In this document: positions 56,186 through 64,000 of the stretch, one piece after another
Position numbering within the stretch: the stretch's first letter is position 1
How the letters are laid out: each line of letters opens with the position of its first letter
NCBI RefSeq assembly: GCF_009914755.1
Contig: NC_060936.1
Direction: 5' to 3' (one strand)
DNA: 64,000 bases
DNA from: the human T2T-CHM13v2.0 reference genome, Homo sapiens
The notes under the pieces: model-generated
What the model was told of the DNA's origin: nothing
Databases searched by the model: none
Seen by the model: the letters and a program-made list of their open reading frames with translations, nothing else
Translations under genes and position numbers: made by a program

Positions 56186-58129
56186 ATGTCCTTCAAATTA
56201 GCCACTTTGAGGGGTTCGGCCAAGCTATGGTGGAGAACAGAGTGTCTGCTCACTCTGCCACCAGGCCTCTGCCCCACGGATGCCCAGAAACTGCTCCTTC
56301 TGGGCTTCCAATGACCACATGGAACCAAATTTCAATGGACACACACATGCTTGTCACTCTCCTGACCCCTGGGTGATGTCTCTCTTTCTTCCCCATCCTT
56401 GGTATCTGATGACCCCAATCATGAACTTTGAGGTCCCCAAGCAAAGGGGCCCCTTCTGTCTTATTCATATGTGTATCCTCAGAGCCCGACGATCAATAAA
56501 TATTTGCTGAATGAGACAGAACGAGGGTGTGAGGTGTGGAGAAAGAGATGATCGACCTAGGCTAGGGCTCGGGGCTCTGGGAGTGAGGTGCAGGGAGAGG
56601 ATGTGAGGGTGCCCTTCTCAGCCAGTTTCAAGGCTTCCCTCCCTCCCCAGCTCTTGGCTAAGCCCTAGGCTCCTCCTGAGCCAGATCCTCCTCCCTATAT
56701 GCATCTCATCCTTGCCTCCTCCTGAATGACCCCAAGTTTCGGTAATATTTGGAACCTGCCTCCAGCAGCCATTTCTGACTCACCTCTCAGGTCTTCCCGG
56801 GTCCCTCTGGAGTTTGGTGGGAAGGAACCTAACTTCGTTGGGAACCCAGGCCTTCTGTGATCCAATCCAGCCTCAATACACCCACACCACCATCTTCATT
56901 GCCCCAGTAGTTACTACGTGCAGGAACTGGGCTATGTGATTTGCACACAAATCCTCCCAACCATCTAGAAGGAAGGCCCTGGTGGCAGCCACATTCTAGA
57001 GTTAGGGAAACAGAGGCTCTAAGAGCAAAGTCTTTGGCTGAAGGTCAACAATGGGCAAGTGGTGATTCTGGGATTTGAACTCAGGCCCCCAGCTCTTCCT
57101 GGCCAAGTTTCCTCGACTTCCCACACTGGGTCTGGCACCCCCTTCTGGGCTTCCCCATCCAAGCAATGCACCTTCCTTGCTATCGTCATCTGTCCCCTCA
57201 CATGCCTCCCCCACTGAGCCAAAAACTACTCAGGGGCAGTGGAGTGGACAACAGTGGTGTCTTTGCTAGGCTAGGGCAATGTCCCAGCTGGGAATTGCCT
57301 TAGGTCGGGAAGCTGGCTTGCCTGGGAGATGATGACACCTCCCCCACCTCCCCAACTGAGGACAGCCTAAGTCAATGACTGATGGACACAGGCGTACAAA
57401 AAACCGGTCTCCTTTTGTTTTCTGTGTCTACCACTTCATCATGAGGTCCTAGACCAATGCCTGGTGCGTAGCAGGAGCATAGTGAATGTTTGTTGAATGA
57501 ATAAATGAATGTCTCTTCTTCCCCCCATCTAGACATCGGCATTTCTCAATTCCTATCCAGGTCTTCTCTAAATCTTCAAGGCCATCCTCTCCTTAACCTG
57601 CCAGGTATCCTCACCTGCTGTGTTCACCCCAGCTGGCCTTGACTCCATAGCAAAGTGCTTTGTCAGCTACCTGTACACCTCAGGAATTCAGCTGCATATA
57701 GGGGGTGAGAGGGAGTCTGAGCTGAGGGAGGTGGTGAGATCCCCACCCTAGCTCAACCTGGAACACTCTGCCTCTATCGATTTCCACAAGATTTTGTTTA
57801 GACGAAAGTGCTCTGCGCCTGCAAAGACTGAGAAGCCCTCTGACACGTTGTGTTTTCCTTCTGTCCCACCCACTCCCTTGATGGGGAGCACACCCTTCCT
57901 CACGCTGCCTCATCCAAATTTTGTAGAAAATTGCTTCTGTCCCATCTAAACTGGAACTCCTCAAGGAGGGCTGCAGCCTAGAGGTTGAAAGTGTGCACTC
58001 TGGAGTCACAAAGACCTTGGGCAAGTGATTTCACCCCTCCTAGCCTCCGTTTCTGTAGCTGTAAAATGGGAAAGTAATAGAACTAGTATCTGAGCACTGG
58101 GCAAGAGTTCAACAAGATTAATCATCTCA

Positions 58130-58468
58130 GGCCAGGTTCAGTGGCTCACGCCTGTCATCTCAGCTCTTTGGGAGGCCAAGGCGGGACGATCACTCGAGCC
58201 TAGGAGTTAGAGACCAGCCTGGGCAACATGGCGAAACCCCATCGCTACAAAAAATACAAAAATTAGCTGGGCATGGTGGCGTGCACACACCTGTAATCCC
58301 AACTACTCAGGAGGCTGAGGTGGGAGGATCACTGGAGGCTGGCGTGTTGAGGCTGCAGTGAGCTGTGATCGCACCACTGTACTCCAGCCTGGGCAACAGC
58401 ACAAGAACCTGTCTCAAAAAAACAAAACAAAACAAAAAACAGAAGCTAAAACGCAAAACAAAAATAAT
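58130..58468 (+). mobile_element. AluJ inserted in a MIR
   Basis: Alu dimer; TSD AATCATCTC; MIR core at 57985-58125. Confidence 0.92.
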
Positions 58469-59487
58469 GAATCATCTCGTGCCAAACACAGCGCCTGGCT
58501 CATGGCAAATAATAAATGGTACCTTCTAGTATTTGTTAAATTACCCAAGCAAGTGCCTTGGGCTTGCCTAGTAATTAATTATCAAAATTATCATACTTTC
58601 CTTTGGCAAAGGAAGTTAAACCATGGATGTATGTGAAGCTCAGTTTGCTCTGGTGTGGTTATTTCCCAGAGGCCTAAGAGGGTATGTGATAGTCATAATC
58701 CCTGGCCTCTAGCAAAAGCCACTAATTCTGGGTGGACACTGGAGATGTTCTGCATGGTATTGCCAAGTGGGGCCTCATCCTTTGCTACAAAAAGAATCCC
58801 ATGTCCTGCTGTTTCTTAGACATCTAGATTTCCACTAGATCCAGGCGTAGTGTGCAAAGCCAGCTGAGAAAATTGGAAGAGGCCATGGTTTCTCATATCC
58901 CAGCTCTGCCCGTGTATCTGCCGCAGCTAGTACGGGGCTCACTCATAGTGTATCCTCAATAAATGCCGTGGAGTGAACAAAGGAATACAGGAATAAATGG
59001 ATCTGAGATCTCCCATGTAATTTCAGCATCCGGCATTAGATGTTTCTTGATAAATATTTTTGGAATGAATGAATGCATTCTACGTTTGCCATCATATCCT
59101 CAGCGTTGGGCCTAGGTCCTGGCACAGAGGCCTCTGATGAATATTTATAGCAGAAATGAACTAGATCCACTGTTTCCCAGAAAGCAGCTGAGCTTCCCTT
59201 GCAGCTGCCCCCATCCCTTTCCTCTTGTCTCATACTCACAGTCCTCGGGTCCAGCCACCAGCCTGGCTTGGCGTTAGCCAGCTGGGAAAGGAATCTGGGA
59301 GAGAAAGCAAGTGAAACTCCCCAAGATGCACAATTGGGAGAGTCTCTAGCCAGCTCTCCAGGAAGCTCTGGGGGCGCTGCTCTTGGGAAACACCCCCAAG
59401 ATAGACTGAGCTGGAAGGAGCCGTCTGCAGTGATTCTGTGACACTGTCACGGAGCCCTCCTCTGCATGGCTTTGGCATCAAATGCAA

Positions 59488-59488
<1 letters not shown>

Positions 59489-59530
<42 letters not shown>
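59489..59530. repeat. (CA)21 microsatellite
   Basis: Perfect dinucleotide run. Confidence 0.97.
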
Positions 59531-59533
<3 letters not shown>

Positions 59534-60630
59534 CAGGCACTATGCCCTGCTGGACAGAATGGGCTGCAGGGATGTGCATGACCAAAATGCACCCCAGACA
59601 GCATGTGCACGCGGAAGGACACTCAGCGATGTGCACCCCAGATAGCACGCGCATGCGGACGGACACTCAGTGATGTTCCATCTCCCCAGGCCAGGCCCTG
59701 CCATCCTATCTCAAACACACTTTGCCTCCACCAAGGCAGGCAGTGGCCACAGACCACCAGGTGGTACCACCAAGTGATAACACTGTCTGTCACCACGGGG
59801 GACCCTCTCATGGATAACGGAACCTCTCCCAGCCAGGAGCTGAGGCTCAGCGTTTACAGACAGTGCAGGCTCAAGGACGACTCATGTGTCCCCCCCACTT
59901 CCTGGAGGCACTGGTGAGCTTTCCCTGTGTCCCCCCCACCCCAACATCTGTCCCATGAGCAGGCAGCCACCTCCTCCTCTGTCCCTGCTGGGATCAACTC
60001 TCCACAAGGAACCAGGAGGTGGCTGAGATCCTGCAGAGTGGCCCTGTGTGCAGGCTGCACTGGTGCCCCTAAAAGCATCTGTGGATCCTGGCCAGGGCCC
60101 TCCTTGGCCCTCAGTCGTGCTCCAGGACATGTGGCCCTCTGAAGCGCGTGGCCTCCCCCTCAGCTCCGGCCTCCAGTACAGCAGCCTCTCCACGCCTGCT
60201 TCCCACAGGGGTCTCATGCCAGCCGAGCAATGGTGCCACCCACAGCATGAGCTCTGAGGCTGGCAGGTTGGAGGGACCCAGGCTTAGAGTCCCAGACAGG
60301 CCAGCAGGGAGAACCAGCTCTGTTGGGGGTGATGAGGGCAGAGTGGAAACCCTAAAGCCTCAACTGTGCCGACTGATCCCTCCTTCACCCATCAGGTCTC
60401 CTGACACTGTCTGGGGGGAGCCCCTGCGGCTGCGTGACTGGAGGGGAAGGACACGGGGCTGGCCTGTGGTCCCCTTGTGTACCCTTAATGTAAGGCTGAG
60501 GTGACGGGGTCAGGGATGCTGTGAGGCCCTGTAACGCTTCAGGAAAATGAGCCCTACGGTAAGCCTCCACCCCATGATGCCCAGCTCGGGCACACCAGGT
60601 CCTCCTGCCTGGGGAGCTGAGCCCCCGCCT

Positions 60631-60790
60631 GGGTACTCACCAGCTCCGGCAAGGCCTCACCCTGGCATGGTGGCGGTCACCCCCTCTCAGACAGTGCTCC
60701 CCATCTGGAGAGGCCAGCGGCACTAATCAGCCGCCTGGCGTGGTGCAGGCCGAGCGACTGGGGTTTAATTGACACCAGGTGGCCCCTCCC
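60631..60790 (-). promoter_or_regulatory. Candidate promoter/first exon (Kozak ATG plus splice donors)
   Basis: Minus strand reads ACCGCCACCATGCCAGG|GTGAGG...CTG|GTGAGT in CpG-containing, repeat-free sequence. Confidence 0.3.
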
Positions 60791-61159
60791 CAGGGGCAGG
60801 CTGGGAGGTGGCTCTGCTGGGTTGGGAGGCCAAGCCTTGGGCAGGGGGGTTGCACCCAGACCAGGCCAGTTCAGGCTTCCCTGGGAGAGACAAGGGCAGT
60901 CAGGCAGTCACCGGCCACCCCTCCCTTCCTCTCCTGCCGGCTGCCTCCATGGCATGGCCCTGGCTTCCCCAGGCTCTGACCTTTCTTTCATTTAGAGGTG
61001 GCAGCAGCAGTGGCAGCGTCTGCCCAGGAGGAGGGTGGCTCAGGTTTCCCCCCAGCTGGCTGGGGACAGCCAGGATCGAGTGCACTGTGTCTGCAGGGAC
61101 CAGGCTGTGCCCGCCGGATCCTGAGTGAGGCCACCCACGGCAGTCACAAAGGATCCCAT

Positions 61160-61500
61160 GAACTACCTTTTATTGCACACTTACTATGCACCAGGCCAGG
61201 CATGGTGCCCACACTGTCCCCTCTTAAATCTCATGTGTCCCCAAAAGGTGGGCATTTATTAACCCACTTTGCAAGATGAGGAAACGGAGACTCAGAGAAG
61301 CTAAGCTTCTTCTCCAAGGTCACACAGTAGAAGAGCCAGAACACACATTCAGCTGTATCTGACATTGAGTCAGGGATTTTCATGGCCACCTGCAATATAG
61401 ATAATGTCATCCCCATTTTTGAGATGAGGAAATTGAGGCTTAGAGAGGGGATGCCAGTTTTCAAAGTCACACAGCAAAGTACGGAACGTGGATTTGCCAC
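61160..61500 (-). mobile_element. Two tandem MIR fragments
   Basis: AGATGAGGAAACGGAGACTCAGAGA...CCAAGGTCACACAG; CCCCATTTTTGAGATGAGGAAATTGAGGCT. Confidence 0.8.
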
Positions 61501-62178
61501 CAGGTGTGTTGGGGCAGGTTGCCAGGGAAAGTAAAGTCCACTGCTAAAATACAAGCCTTCTTCCCTGACTCACATGTGTTCCTGCTTATATTAGGGCTCC
61601 AGGTTTGAGCCACAGTTTGGGGTTTAGGAGAAAGAGCACTGGACATAGAGTCAGAAAACCTGTGCCCAACTTGCTGTGTGACCTTGAGCAAGTTACTCCA
61701 CCTCTCTGGGCTTGGCTGCAGCTGCTGTGAACCCCAAATGGGACATCACATGGAAAAGGCTTTGTGACTTGGGTTCACAGGGCAGGATGAGGGAGTACCA
61801 AAGTAGCCCCACTCTGCCCTGGGAGCCCTTGCCAAAGGCCCCCAACCCTGTTCTTTGTCTTTACTGCCAGCAGCGGGACTCAGCAGTGAGGAGTACACAG
61901 GTTCCGCAAGTGCACAGGGTTCAGATCCTGGCTCTGATTTGAGTCTCACAAACTGCGTGACCTTCAGAAGTCATTTTACTCTCTAGTCTCAATTTCTCCT
62001 TTCTAAAAATGTGCTCCCGGGCGCTCCCACCCTGCCTGGGCTGCGTGAAAATAAATGAGATAATACTCAGCACCTGCCTTTTTATTCAACAACATTTATT
62101 GAGCACCTACGAGACATGGGTCACTGTGCTGGGGATATAATTTTTACAGGAACAATATTCTTGTAAAAACAGTCAGTT

Positions 62179-62488
<310 letters not shown>

Positions 62489-63193
62489 CAAAGTCAGTCA
62501 CTCATGCCCCTGTGGTGGAGACAGACAAATGTAAAACCCCCACAAAAATAAATATTAATCCCTTGTGTTATGTGCTCAGCAAATAGAAGTAGCTATTATT
62601 GTTGTTGTTCACGCATTTATTCCACAGAAGAACTCACTGAGCACCTACTATGTGCCAGGTACCCTTCTAGGCATTGGGGATATAGCAGTGACCAATGCAG
62701 ACATGGCTGTCCACTTTAATAATTAACCGTGACAATAAATAGCAATAATTAGCCATGACAACATATAACAATAATAATTATTATATTACTATTCTCAGGC
62801 AATGCAGGTTCTCCCCAACACATTGGATGCCCTGGTTTTCTCACTGGTAGAATTACATACCTGTCTGCTGCCATCTGGCCCTCTGGGAGCTCCAAGCTAG
62901 AGCATGGGATTCCAGAATGTTCTTAGGTCTGATCCTCAGTGAAGCTCATGGGCTCTTTTTGGTCTGACTTGCGGGCACTCTGGCAGGCGCTCATCCCCCT
63001 GGCATAGACCCAGACCCCACGTGGGTTGGGAGAAGCTGAGCCTGTGACTCAGCCAGCCTGGCTTGTCAAGCAGAGATGAGAAGGGAGCAAGCAGCTGGCT
63101 GGGCTGTTAGCCATGGGGCCCTCCCAAGCCAGGCATAGGGCAGGTGCCTGGGGGACAGAGTGGGGCTTTGAGATGACAAGGGAAGGGCTCTAA

Positions 63194-63546
<353 letters not shown>

Positions 63547-63839
63547 TAAGAATCACAGAGTATGCTGCCTTGTGAGCGAATGAGCTTCTCATCAATTAAA
63601 TAACCCCAGCAGGATGCTATAAAGGGGACTCCAGAATTGCCTGTTCATCTGTCAGATGTATCCACAAGACTGAGCTCTACCTTCTGGGTCTTGTTTACAC
63701 CATCATACCTCCAGTGTGTGGCACAGAGCACATCACATAGCAGTCGGCAAATATTTCTTATATTCATATATGCACAGATCAGAATGTTCTTTCTGGCTTT
63801 GACCACATGAGACTTTGACAACAAGTAGCCCTGCCATTT

Positions 63840-63965
63840 TATTCATTTGTCTCTTCATTCAACAAATATATCCTGAGCACCTACTATGTGCTGTCTCCTA
63901 GGCACTGGGGATATAGTAGTGATCAAGACTGATAAAAATTTCTGCCTTCGTGAAGTCTACCGTCT
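63840..63965 (-). mobile_element. L2 3' end
   Basis: TTCATTCAACAAATAT...TGAGCACCTACTATGTG...TAGGCACTGGGGATATAG. Confidence 0.8.
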
Positions 63966-63981
63966 CACGATTGGAATTTCA

Positions 63982-64000
63982 TTTTTATTTTTTAGAGACG
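63982..64000 (-). mobile_element. Probable Alu tail cut by the window edge
   Basis: T-rich run followed by AGAGACG. Confidence 0.5.

Noticed and set aside
54162-56376. His/Thr-rich and Cys/Val-rich ORFs
   Set aside because: Products of the CA-rich tandem repeat, with no domain signature.

Overview
Human (hominoid) non-coding genomic DNA, intronic or intergenic and dense in interspersed repeats. It holds about 31 Alu copies or fragments (J, S and Y), many MIR and L2 relics, old L1M pieces and two young L1PA pieces. It also holds eight solo LTRs (two THE1, four MLT1, MER68, LTR16-like), several hAT DNA-transposon relics (MER102-, MER81-, MER20-, MER97-, MER45A-, MER5- and MER113-like) and large simple or tandem repeats. 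No cellular protein-coding gene is supported. The only ORFs with real protein homology are pieces of the L1 ORF2p C-terminus (49593-50111, and part of 46782-47228); the rest derive from Alus, simple repeats or chance. I found no convincing new biological system. The best leads are: (i) a candidate minus-strand first exon with a near-perfect Kozak ATG and two splice donors at ~60.65 kb; (ii) a 127-bp TSD-flanked insertion made almost only of an inverted internal L1PA fragment; (iii) TSD-resolvable nested insertions, including a THE1 LTR inside an Alu; (iv) a pure (TAAAA)21 tract in an Alu middle linker; (v) a two-level CA-rich duplication/VNTR at 54-56 kb; (vi) a few candidate enhancers. Repeat subfamily names come from recalled consensus sequences, and the boundaries of old repeats are approximate.
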